A DNA stretch of 57,869 bases, the filler included, from Sphacelaria rigidula (Eukaryota), in NCBI GenBank assembly GCA_964200075.2. It is 6 parts of 6 records of this genome, joined end to end, with 100 filler letters (N's around TTAATTAATTAA, not from the genome) between each part and the next. Parts side by side here need not be neighbours in the genome. Positions count along the whole stretch, not along the records: positions 1 to 9,562 come from CAXNAA020008213.1; positions 9,663 to 19,224 come from CAXNAA020008214.1; 4 more parts are not named here. One strand, 5' to 3'. The notes under the pieces were generated by a model that was given only the letters and a program-made list of their open reading frames with translations, ran no database searches and was not told where the DNA came from. Positions 1-11,512 of this stretch are shown in pieces. Numbering within the stretch: position 1 is the first letter of the stretch; each line of letters starts with the position of its first letter. The position numbers were made by a program, and so were the translations under genes.

Positions 1-130
1 CCATCCCAAAAGGCACGGTAGCGCGACTGCAAAGCGAACAAGAAAAAAAAAAAAATAAGCGCCCCCCCCCCCCCCCCCCCTCCACCCGCCACCCGCCACC
101 CCGCCGCCGCCCCAAAATCACGATCGCTAG

Positions 131-3100
131 AAAGCTAGCGTCGGAGCAATGCGCCGAAGTGAGGCTGGAGCTTGCAGCGGCACTCGCACGACTCTCATCC
201 CACGCCAACTTGGTCGTGAATGCTCGTGTCGCTCTTCGCGACGCTGAGAAACGAATCCGCAACCTCGTGATACGCCTAACTGACGCCCAGATAAGGGCTT
301 TGCTTCCACCCGACGTGTCGGAGGTGGGCAGTTCAGACTCGGGGGCTGTGGATGCGGCGGCTGCGGCTACTGCGGTTGAAGTCGCGGCGACAACGACTGA
401 CGATGGCGTAGCTCGCTTTCGGAGGGAAAATGGTGGGAAGAGCGGTGTAGACACGGGGGGGGAGGAACACTGCGAGGGGGAGTCAGGAGATAATGCACCA
501 GGGGTAACAGTTGCCAAAAGTGGGAATATGATGACGCCGAGCTCCGCCGGTGACACGAGAGGCGAAGACGCAATTGCAGAGGGGTATCGTTTTGGCGACG
601 GAAGCACGATCTCTCGAAGGAGGAGCACGCCGGACAGGGATAGGAGAGAGAGCCGCAGCAGTTACCGCGGGAAGGGGAGGCTGTGTGACGAGTCTGAGAC
701 GACGTCGCAGCAACAGCGGCGGTCTTGCGCGCGCGACTACGCACTCGCTTCTCAGGGACTGGAACACCCGCAGCCGGGCGGTGGACGTATTTCGATTGAT
801 CTTTCTCGAGTCGGGCTTGAAGATGAAACGCTTCACAAGGTTTGAATCGCCGCAAGCGTACGTGGATTCTTGTCTCGCGAAACCTAGACCTAGACTACCG
901 GTGTTCCCTCGCGTGAATCCCCCGCTGTTTTGTTTTTTTTCCCTCACACTTTGAACCCTTCCCCTTCCTCGGGATAGGTCTGTGGTCTCAAGGGATCAAC
1001 CCATCTCTCCCCCGGTACGTTGTAAAGTCCGAAATCCTACCGCGCTCCACCGTTTTTGCGTCGGTTTGGTCACGGCGTTTTCAGGCGGGGCGCGTCAATG
1101 ACTGTAGACGCCAGGTGTGACGAAGTGACCGAACGAATGCATTGCGAGGAACGATGTTAGAGCTTGAAACAATCAGCTAGAAAGGGTGTCACAACCGATC
1201 GTACGCATGATACCGCCCTCATGAATCAGCGACTGAGTGCCTCTCGCTGGTTTCTGTCCGTCGAATTGCCCGTTGGTCTGGCGGTGACGCAGGATGCACA
1301 CATGGGCAAGCTCCTCTCCTCTCCCCCCTCCCCCCCCTCCCCGCCGCTCCGCGCCCCGTGTACCTTTCCCTCAACGTTTGTGGTAGGTAGTAGACCGGAT
1401 ACTCCCACACGCCCAGCCACAACGGACAACTAACGGACAACCTCGGTGCATGCAGTACGCCGGTTATTGCGATTTCAGCGCCATCAAATTAAATACCTCC
1501 CTGCCGCACTTGGCGATACCAGCTACACCATGCCGAGGCATGCCTCTTTTGCGTCTCATTCTGCGAGGAAATCAACTGTCGGATTCCGGGGCGTTCGCTC
1601 TCTGTCCTTTGGTACAGTCGTCGATAAGTTTGAGCGACCTTGATCTGAGCGGGAACTACATAGGTCGCAAAGGGGCGTTGGCGCTACAAAAGGTGCGACT
1701 AGAACGCTAGTTAGTATATGATCCTGAGGAGTTGCCTGTGTTGTTCGATGTGTTCATACCGATGACGACGGCAGACTGAGGTGCAGTTTGACAGGGTATT
1801 GTGTTTGAGATTGCGACGGCCTTGTCACACGACGGCTTGTTATTCGGCGCAGGCGGTTGGTTGAAAACAGCTCGCAAGTCTTGTGGGTAAACGCATATTT
1901 GCAATATCAGCAATACTGGGACTGCCGAACCGACGGGAGAGCAATAGATAGACCAAGAGGGGCACCAATTCCCCCGCTGTCCACTGCAGGGCTCTTCGAT
2001 ATTTTCGCAACATCCCCGGCCTTATCTTGAAGTAGCGTTTCTTCACGAAATACGCTTCATTCCAGAAATACCCTAGTCTCCGAAAAAATGTGGGGAGAAA
2101 ACTCCTCAACGTCGCCACTTTCGGTTATTATTATTCCACTCGGCCACTATCAATTCAGGCTATGGAGAATAATCCCTCGATACACAGCATCGTCGCCGAA
2201 GACCGCCCTACGGGCGGCGGGAAAAGTCGTGGCGGGGGGCTGATATTTTACGCCAAACGCCGCAGACCCACCACCGTCCACGAGAGAGCGAGAGCCTACG
2301 CCTTTGAAAGGATACCACCATCTCGCGCACGGAAAACAGGGACACCGGACTCGGCCAAGGCTGATGATACCTCGATGCTAGAATATCAGGGAGAACATCA
2401 CATGACTGTTGACGGAGATAAGTACCGCACTGGAGCGATCCCAGAGGTCGAAAGCAACGAGCACGACCGCTCTTCAGTTACTTGTGATACTACAATACTT
2501 GTAGCGACAAGTGCGAGCGATCTCGGCCGAAACGCCAGCCCTAAGCAGGGTATCTCCGGGACTGAACGGCATGGCCGCAAGGGCCAGTGTGGCTCTATCC
2601 TCGTTCTTGAGGGAACCACCCATAAACGCCGCGTGATAGTGCCCTCCAGCAGAGCAAGTAAAAATATACTGACACCACCTAGAAGCGGGCTACATCTCAT
2701 CCACGAGGAGGCTGTCCTCGGAGGAGAGGGAGAGTTTTCGGCGGAGGTGAGCACTGCACCCACACTGAGAATTAACCTGCTTGGTCAAGCCTGCCGCCGT
2801 AGCTTGAACGAGGATACTAGAAGCCCGTTTTCCCCCTCCGGGATTTCGAAAAGGATAAATGATGTCGCTGGGGTCAACAAGAGCGTCGTACTCGACAGGA
2901 CAAGGTACCCACATGAGGGGATCACAAGACCTGTCGACAATAAGGACCCCGGGGTTGACTCTGGTGGAAATAACAGAGGAGCGGAGAGAAATAGTCGTTT
3001 CGGCCAGGGCGCGAGTAGTAGTTGCGGCAACGTTCGGGGCGGAATTGATAGCACTGTAGAGACGGTAGACGTGGCTCTCGACAACCAACCGGCAACGGGA

Positions 3101-4741
3101 CTTTTGCGCAGCGGACGGCTAGATCCGAGTCATCAACAGAGGCACGGTCGAAGAAAGGACGTGCCGGGGGAACGTGTCCATGACAAAAGTAAGCGGAAAT
3201 CACGACGGTTTAGGCGCCGACGAACACCCGCACCCTGTGGATCCGCGAGTCGCGTTGGACGAAATCGTTGGAGTACGCTGACGTCTGAAGCTCAGGATGT
3301 CGAAGAGCTGAAATTCTTGCTCAACATTTCTCACGGGATATTGCACTCTGCCGGCGAGGAGGAAGGCCAGGTGCCATCATCGTCCACCCGGAACGCAAGC
3401 CTGAAAGGGTCGTCATCAGTTCCTGCGGACAGAAACGCCGCAGCCACCGCAGAGGACAGCGGACAAGGCGCTCGCCCCCTCCGCAAGAAGAGTGTCAGTG
3501 ACGGGTTGACAGATTGTCGTCACGAAAACGCCAGAAACATCGTGGCGCGAGGTAAGAAAACCGTCAGCTTCGTCAAGGTAAAGACTGTCCCTCCTAAACT
3601 GCACGATGTGACCAGTGATCCCAGCGAACCGGTCAACACCTCCACGGTACACGCACCTCGCGTCGACACGAGTCGAACACGGGGGTCACGCCCCGTGAGC
3701 CCACCGGTAAATCAGTATACCTGCGAACGAGAGAGCTCACTGCGCCATGTCGAAGCGGTAGTCGCCGCCGGAATCCAACAGGGAGGTCAACAGCTCGAGA
3801 GTACGACCGAGCTAGAAGACGACCAGCGGCAAGCTGGTGCGGCTGGTGCAGAGGATGGGCTAGACGGAATCACAGCAGTGGAGAGAAAAAGCGGGCGGGG
3901 GGCTTGCATGACGAACGATGTTGCCCCAGCGGTAGATGTAGTTGAGGATGGGCAAGTAACTACGCGTTTGACGAGCAGATCAGATGACTTGGAAGCCGAT
4001 GCGGTCGACCAAGTACAAGATGACACTGTCGACCCGAAGAGTTCGCTGGGAAGAGAATCGGCACGAGTTGTCGATGTCGACGAGAGACGTACGATGCAGT
4101 ACGGTGTTAGCGGAGCAAGCGAACCGACGGTTCAAGGCTGCAGCCAGCATGGTGCACTCCGCACAGATGACTCCGCTCTGGAAGAGCAACTCAGCCAACT
4201 ACCGGGAGTAGAAGCAGAGGTCCAGGGACCCGCTGAGATATGTGAAGGGGATGTTGCCACAGACGCCACAATAACGAAAGCGGACCGATCTGGGGAGAAA
4301 ATACAAGGGGGAAACCGCGACCAATGGGTCTATGATTACGAAAGTGGGGCGTGGAACTTCGGGGACGAAACTATCGTCACAAGCAACGTCCACAATACAG
4401 TGGGCGCACAACAGGATAGCAGTGGTTGGGTGCACGACGAATTCAACGGTTCTTGGTATCATCTCGGCGAAGCTGAACCGAACGGTCCCGAAGACGATGA
4501 ACATGCAGTCGCCCTTAGTTGCGGCACTGAGCTAAATAACCCTAAGGACGAACAGTGGGCCGAAGAGCAAGCACGGGTCACACCACCAGACGGCGTGGAA
4601 GAAGCATTGCCATCACTGGCCGCGAAACGCGAATCATCAAGCGGTTCGCATCCACGAGAAACGAAAGCGGACAATACAGAGGCAGGAGCGTTGATCGCGG
4701 AGCGCATCAAGGCATTAGAGCTAGCTCTGCACGCAAAGTAG
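131..4741 (+). CDS. Leucine-rich-repeat (RNI-like) protein, 5'-partial; inferred exons 131-839, 1456-1692, 2159-4741
   Basis: Exons have AG/GT boundaries and join in phase 0: ...IDLSRVGLEDETLHK | YAGY...LLRLILRGNQLSDSGAFALCPLVQSSISLSDLDLSGNYIGRKGALALQK | AMENNPSIHSI... The LxxLxLxGNxIxxxG pattern is RNI-type LRR. The last exon encodes ~860 low-complexity residues ending LHAK* at 4741. An extra small exon between 840 and 1455 cannot be excluded. Confidence 0.75.
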
Positions 4742-6934
4742 CCAATACGTGCAGAGACTTGTAGGGTGTATCGTGAAGCGTACCACGCCCCCCCGCAAGC
4801 GCGTGCGAGTCGTACTTGACCTTCTCAAAGTGAACAGCCGAGCCGGACCCATGCCCGAGAGCAATACTTCCCTGGAATAACTGTCCGTGTATGTGAAAGA
4901 ATTGAATAATCGGCCAGTACTATGGCACTCAATAGCTAGCTTACACACGTCAGGTGGTAACATTGTGTCGAAGGTCAAATGTTTAATAAATGTTGAGGTA
5001 TTTGGGCAAAAGAAATTCCAATATATCTGTCGTGAATACCAAGTAATAATGAGCATTCGACGCCGGACCTCAATGCCGTGGCCCCAAAGCCGTTTACAGA
5101 CTAAGCCCATCGAATATCATATTTCAAGCAGTTTTGTCTCAATCGGTAAAACGCCTAAAAAAAGTGCCGAGAGTTGGTTCAGCGCCACAAGGCGAATGAC
5201 GCACAAATTTCAAGTAGCTTTTTTGAGGCAAACGGCTTAAAAACAGTCAAACACGCTTTATACACAACTTCAGGCACTTCAAGCTTATTGCGTCTATCTA
5301 CATGCGAGTGGTGCCGCGATAGCCCCCGCTCACATACACACACCAGCCCCAAACCCGTCACGAAAGGAAATGGCCATACAGCGCATGCTAGCTGACTTCA
5401 GGAGCAATGCTACGGTAGGGGTGCACTTTTTTCGCGGAATTTTGTCTGGTTCAGGGNNNNNNNNNNAGAATATGGGTCAGGGCATCCCCGTTTGCAGATT
5501 TATTCGGGATATCCGCAGCACATTGGAATATAAATCCTGGTGTACTCTCGCATATTTTCATAAGTCGTGTTTTGGACGAGATGAAGGGCGTTTAACAATT
5601 CTAACCTCAGAGAATACTTGTGTACCCCTATCGTAGCATCACTCTCCGACTACATGAAGCGCCTCATATGGACGATGTTGGCGAAACCGATCTCATGCGT
5701 GGGAGTTTCCAGCAACCCGGTGTGCTCGGCACTTACAATTTTGATTCGCATGTAGACTTGACCTTCTCAAACTAGCCACTTCTCTTGGGGGGGGGGGGGG
5801 GGGGACATTGTCGCGGCATCACTCGTGCCCATCTACAACGAAATCGCCGGTGGCGTGCCGTAAGGCTGGGGCCTACGCTGAAATTTATTTTTCGGGGAGT
5901 TTGCTGATATTCCGTATTGTTAGTCTAATAATAATTCCTTGTGCCGACACTGACAAAACGATTTTGCGTTTTCCCCTAAATTCTCTACTTGTACCCCCAA
6001 ACGTGGATGCTGGAACTGACCTTCAACGGTCATGTGATATCATTTGAAAAAAAATTCCAGCAAACTGGCAGCAGTTTGTTTCACTACAGTCGAAAAGTTC
6101 GTTTGGTACAAGAGTTCGGCACACCCCCCCACCAAAAAACAAACGGGTTTCACCCAGCACACGCCCCTACCACACGAAAAAAAAGGAAATGGTGGAATGT
6201 ACGTATAGTTTTTTGTGGACAACCCAGTTCTTCCCCAATTTTCATCGGGTATGTATCGACTCTGACTCAGCTCACGCCGAGAACGTGAGCTGTCACCAAC
6301 ACAATCCGATGCGAGTATGTGCGTGAACGCTAGATACGGTGATCAGCAGCCGTCATGCAGGATCACCAGTCATCAGCCACGCAGTAAGAGTACACTCAAA
6401 CTTACGAAGCGACACCATATTACATCATCTCAAACCCCTGTGATGGCTACATACATTCGTAGTTCGAGTACTCGTATATTATTCCGCATTTGAGTCCCCA
6501 AGTGGTCGGCTCTGCAGTTTCTCCCACCGCATATCCGCAGAAACAGTGCATGATAGTCATACGTGGCCCGGTTGAAGAGGAACTCGATTGATTCGCGTTT
6601 GCATGCGTCCAGCCTCATTTATAGAAGCCCCCTCCCCCCCCCCCCCCCCCCCCCCCCCCTTGTCAAAACACTTCGCCACACAACCCCGCTCCCACCCTCT
6701 CTAAGGTCTTACGGCTACAGCATGCAAGATTATGCGCACACAACCCCTCTCCAGTCTCCGTGGTTGGCGTCGGGTGGCAATGTACGCTGTAAAAACAAGC
6801 CACCAGAAGCTAGACATACAATGTACAAACTACCACGGCACGTATGCCAGAGGCGGACACTAGACAAAAAATCCGTACCAGACCAACACATATACTGGGC
6901 ATGAAATTACTCAAATAACCAATGTCGCTGTCCC

Positions 6935-8055
6935 ATATCAAAACACAGACCAGAAACAGACATGAAATGCCGAACCTAGCCATTTTTTCTTTGCATTACC
7001 AAAACACAGCCCGAATTTAGGCATGTAATACCGAAGCTAGCCATTCTTCTTTTTGCACCACCAGAACACAACCCGGACACAGACATGAAATGACGGAACT
7101 AACCATCTTTTCTTTGCACTACAATACCAGAGCACAGACCGAATGTAAATATGAAATACCGAAGCCAGCCACATTTTCTTTACATTAACCAGAATAAAGC
7201 CCCGACGTAAACATAGAAATAACGAAGCTAACCATCCTTTTCTTGGCATAATCAGGACACGAATCGGACATGGACATGGAACACGGAAGCTAATAACTCT
7301 CTTTCTTTGAACACAGCCCGGACATAGACTTGAAATAACGAAGCTAACCGTCTTTTTCCTTTACTACTGCCAGAACACAGACCAGATGCAGATATAAAAT
7401 TGCAAAGCTAACCATTTTTCTTCGCACTACAAGAAGACAGGCCGGATATAGACATGAAATTACTACCAGAACATAGACCAGATGCAGATATAAAATTGCA
7501 AAGCTAACCATTTTTGTTCGCACTACAAGAAGACAGGCCGGATATAGACATGAAATAACAAAGCTGACCACTATTCTTTGCATCACCAGAAGGCAGACCG
7601 GATATTGAAATATAATAACGAACCGAACCATGTTTTCCCTTTGTACTACCAGAACACGGACCAGATACAGACATAAAATAACGAAGCTAGCCATCTTCTC
7701 TTTGCACTACAGTACAAGAAGAAACGCCGCATATGGAAATGAAACAATGAAGCTGACCATTTTTTTTGGCACCAACTAGCACACAGACCGGATATTGAAA
7801 TGAAACAACGAAGCTCACCATCTTTGTCTTTACATTGACCAGAGCACAGCCCGGGCATGGACATGGAATAACGAAGTTTACCATCGTTTTCCCGTTCAGT
7901 ACCAGAACACAGACCGGGTATAGACATGAAACAACGAAGCTGACCATTTGTTTTGGCACTAACTAGAACACAGACCGAGTATAAAAAAAAATTAAGAAGT
8001 TCAAGTTTTTTTTTTTTTTCGTTAACCAGAACACAGACTGAATACAGGCATGATT
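6935..8055. repeat. Degenerate tandem repeat, ~60-bp unit, ~19 copies
   Basis: Recurring unit like ACCAGAACACAGACCGGATATAGACATGAAATAACGAAGCTAACCATCTTTTTCTTTGCACT, with a near-exact internal ~96-bp duplication (about 7369-7463 vs 7464-7559). Confidence 0.9.
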
Positions 8056-9562
8056 CGGCGAAAATCGCAATTTTTTATTCCCCCATACCAATGCGAGAAA
8101 CAATCAAGATTCTTCCTCCATGTCATGACAAGGGTAAGGCATAAAAACATGGGCCAAAGACCAGGCGTGGAAGTAACAGCGTGACGTTGACCACCTTACA
8201 TGCAAACACGAAAATACAATATTATACACCAAGAAGTACAGATAGAAGAATAAGATCTCCCCCATGTTAAGTTCACATGAAGGTTGGATCTCGTGGTGAG
8301 ACACTGAGAAACCCTTCACCAGTTCCCATCGAGCGATGGAAATCTGGTGAGATATTGCCGTAAAATTCCCGACATTAGGGGCACAGGTGTCGAATGAAGG
8401 CGAAGGGTGGATGGTGCGTGACCAAAGCGCCAAGACCCCGTGCACTCAAGAAACTAACACCTTGCCAATGACGGACCACATGACTAAAAAGAGGAGCACC
8501 AAGCGGTAAACAGACATCTTGAGATCCCAAGGTTCGAAGCAGTTACAAAATAATGTGGGGGAAGTGTTGGCCAAGCTTTCGGCAGCAAGGGTCTACGCGG
8601 GAGCATTGGTGGGGTAGCTACCCACGGTGGACCGTACGCATTGAATGGGAGGAGTACCAGACACCCCGACGTTTGAATACGATTTTGTGTATCGCAAGCC
8701 GTCCCTGGATCTTGCACGGTGAGGATGACCTCTCTGGAGGAACGCGATCAGTACAGCAGTGGGGCAAGAAAATAGAAGATACGATGGTAGGATGCCTGGA
8801 TGGTTCACCATGCAGATCGCCTGGCACAATCGTGGGGTATGTTTGTGTCAAGGGTATTGAACTGGGCTTCAAGATATGAGCCCGTGTTGGAGACATTGCT
8901 TGGTGTCGGTAGACTAGCAAACGAGTTGAAAGACACCAGCCCCCAAACAAGTACTAGAGTTGGGACACCCCAGCCTTGACAACGTTCCATCTCAATATTC
9001 CACACAAACAGGCTGGAGATACTCTCGACAGAGATGGAGAAAGACACGGTAAGGAAGGATGGATGGATACAAATAGAGTGGACGGGTAAAGCACCAGAAG
9101 TGCTGGTATTGGTATGATATATATTATGGCGATAAGAGAGTTCACGAGGAAATGCGATGAGGTAGGACCATACAGTTTGGCAATATACGGGGAAAGTAGA
9201 GAGGGAGTGAGGATACTTCCGATTCACGCTAAAACAGAAAACGAGCAAAAAGTAGGAGAGGGTAGAAAGAAGTACAACGTCGGTATGGTTTCAGAAGGGC
9301 ACCATGGAGAGCATGTACATACAGGCAATGTAATAGCCAATCTAAGACGTAATCCTTGGGTAAACGGAGGAAAGGGGTATGCAGGAGCAAGGAAATGCCC
9401 TAAAAAAGGAAAAGGGAACGGGAAGTAGCGAACCAAATCAAACAGACCCGGACCCAACCGGAAATGGAAAGAGAACTCGAAGAAGGGAGAATAGACAACA
9501 GCCGATTTTCGAAAATGGGGTTGAAAAAAAAAATGAGGTTCAACTCAAAAGCCGTGCTTTCC

Positions 9563-9662
9563 NNNNNNNNNNNNNNNNNNNNNNNNNNNNNNNNNNNNNN
9601 NNNNNNTTAATTAATTAANNNNNNNNNNNNNNNNNNNNNNNNNNNNNNNNNNNNNNNNNNNN
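9563..9662. other. Artificial contig spacer N44-TTAATTAATTAA-N44
   Basis: Exactly 100 bp; the 12-mer gives stops in all six frames; five identical copies in the window. Confidence 0.97.
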
Positions 9663-9983
9663 CCCTTTTCTCCTGTTGAACTCGAGTAAGCTACTTCTCA
9701 CATGTTTTCTTCGCTTCTCTCTTCTTACTTTCATTTCGGTAATATTTTCGTTGATTGTGTTTGTTTTTTAATTAGATTGTATTTGTTTTCGTAGTTAGTC
9801 TGGAGTTTTAGAAAAAATGATGACGAGAAATCCATGTCTTGTGAGGAGTAGCAAGATCGGTATTGGAAAGAGACCTCCGACTCTGTCGCCGGTTCAGTAA
9901 TGAATGTTAAAAGAAACAAAGACCCTTTCCGCGCGAGTTTTGACGGCTAGCCGTACTCTGCCGAGACATGGGACGATGTTTAT

Positions 9984-10454
9984 TTGACTTCTACGACAGT
10001 TTTTGACACAAATGACCCCCACTTGTGGAACCCGCTTCTGTCTTATTCGGCTAGACAAGACGCTTTCGGTCGCCACGCCAACAGCTGTATCAATTGCAAT
10101 GCACAAGGCCACAGCATGCGCGATTGCACCAAATCATGCATCAACGCATTCGACCTCATGAACCCTGAACTACAGGACAATGGACCCGCGTGGCGCCGCT
10201 GGCAAAAACGAATGCGCGATTATCGTGCTCCGAGTGGTAAAAATCGCAACCATTCGAACACCCGCGGCAACAATCGCTCTTACCGCACGCGCCGACAAAA
10301 CACCAACCACGGTTGTGGCACTCGCCAACAAGGTCATACATCTCGCGCCAATCATAGCTCCGCTGATAGACATCAGCGGACGGGACCGACACATGGCTCG
10401 AACCCCAACACTAGAAACCCTGGTACCTTCACTTCGGATCGCTTAGACCCATGA
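9984..10454 (+). pseudogene. gag: Gypsy gag C-terminal part with CX2CX4HX4C zinc knuckle
   Basis: CINCNAQGHSMRDC followed by an Arg/Asn-rich basic tail. Confidence 0.8.
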
Positions 10455-10554
10455 CGCAACAACGCCGGCGTTTTCAAGTCTTCGGCGCCGCCGACAGCAC
10501 TTTCGAAGATTTTTTCAACACTGCCCGCGGAGTCCGTGACTCGGATTGTTCACC

Positions 10555-10862
10555 CTACTCCCCCGGCATTATACAGGAGCGCAACTGACGGCCGTTCAAT
10601 TCGACCCCCGTCTCCAACCTCCACACACTTTGCAACACAGTCCGCAGAGCCCGCGACTAAGAGTGTTCGCTATAGTGTTCGCCCGGCTCTCCCGGCACTA
10701 TACAGGAGCGCAACTGACGGCCGTTCAATTCGACCCCCGTCTTCGACCTACACACACTTTGCAACACAGCCCGCAGAGCCCGCGACTAAGAGTGTTCGCC
10801 CGGCTCCCCCGGCAGTATACAGGAGCGCAACCGACGGTCGTTCATTTCGACCCCCGTCTTCA
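10555..10862 (+). repeat. Three-copy internal tandem duplication within the Gypsy gag-pol linker
   Basis: CCGGCA(T/C/G)TATACAGGAGCGCAAC(T/C)GACGG(C/T)CGTTCA(A/T)TTCGACCCCCGTCT recurs at ~10563, ~10693 and ~10809, translated as repeated YRSATDGRS(I/F)RPPS. Confidence 0.9.
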
Positions 10863-11512
10863 CCCCTCCGCACACCGCGTAACAGTTATGTCAATCCGCG
10901 ACTCATACCTACAACCGGCCCTGAACTTGGTCCTTCAGTACCGAGTGTCAGTCTGAGGTGTGGGAAGACCAACCGCCAGTCTCTGAGGCAACGTCTTCCC
11001 TCAGCGACCGCACGCACAGGTAGTCACAAGCTTTCTTCAGCGGACCCCAGGGTTGCTGATTTGAATTTGACCAAATCGGATCATGTCATCCTCAATCAGC
11101 TGGATCGAGCTCCTTCCTCGCGATTTTCAACCCGCGCAAAACTACCTTTGGCAGGTTCCAATAACAACCGCCCCAGAATACCTTCGGCCATGTCTCCCCC
11201 GCCAAGCTTGCCTACGGAAAGCAGCCCACAAGCTTCGCCCCATCATGCCCCGATGCTGACCCCATCCACTCGACTGGACGCAGTTGTGGTCTCATCCCCA
11301 AATGCTTTGGAAGTTCCCCGCCCGTCGTCACGGCGAAAGAGAAAGCCCCGTAAGCATGCCCCCAAGGACGCGCGCGCATCGCTACGTACCCCTCTCTCGA
11401 GCGGAAATCCTCGACCTCAATCCCTCCAAAATGCGACGGCTTTGAGCTCGACGGCCCTATCAAGTATCACGGAAGAAACGGAATCAGATATTTTGACGCC
11501 TCTGGTTGTTCA

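Noticed and set aside
6270..6294. Hairpin CAGCTCACG-CCGAGAA-CGTGAGCTG as a Helitron 3' end
   Set aside because: No CTRR terminus at the expected short distance on either strand.
6935..8055. CRISPR-like array
   Set aside because: Units are homologous along their whole length, there are no unique spacers or cas genes, and the context is eukaryotic.
7037..8144. Hydrophobic ORFs on the tandem array
   Set aside because: Translations of the ~60-bp repeat, broken by frameshifts between units.
9607..9618. TTAATTAATTAA as a biological motif (and its four other copies)
   Set aside because: Always centred in exactly 44+44 Ns; an assembly linker.
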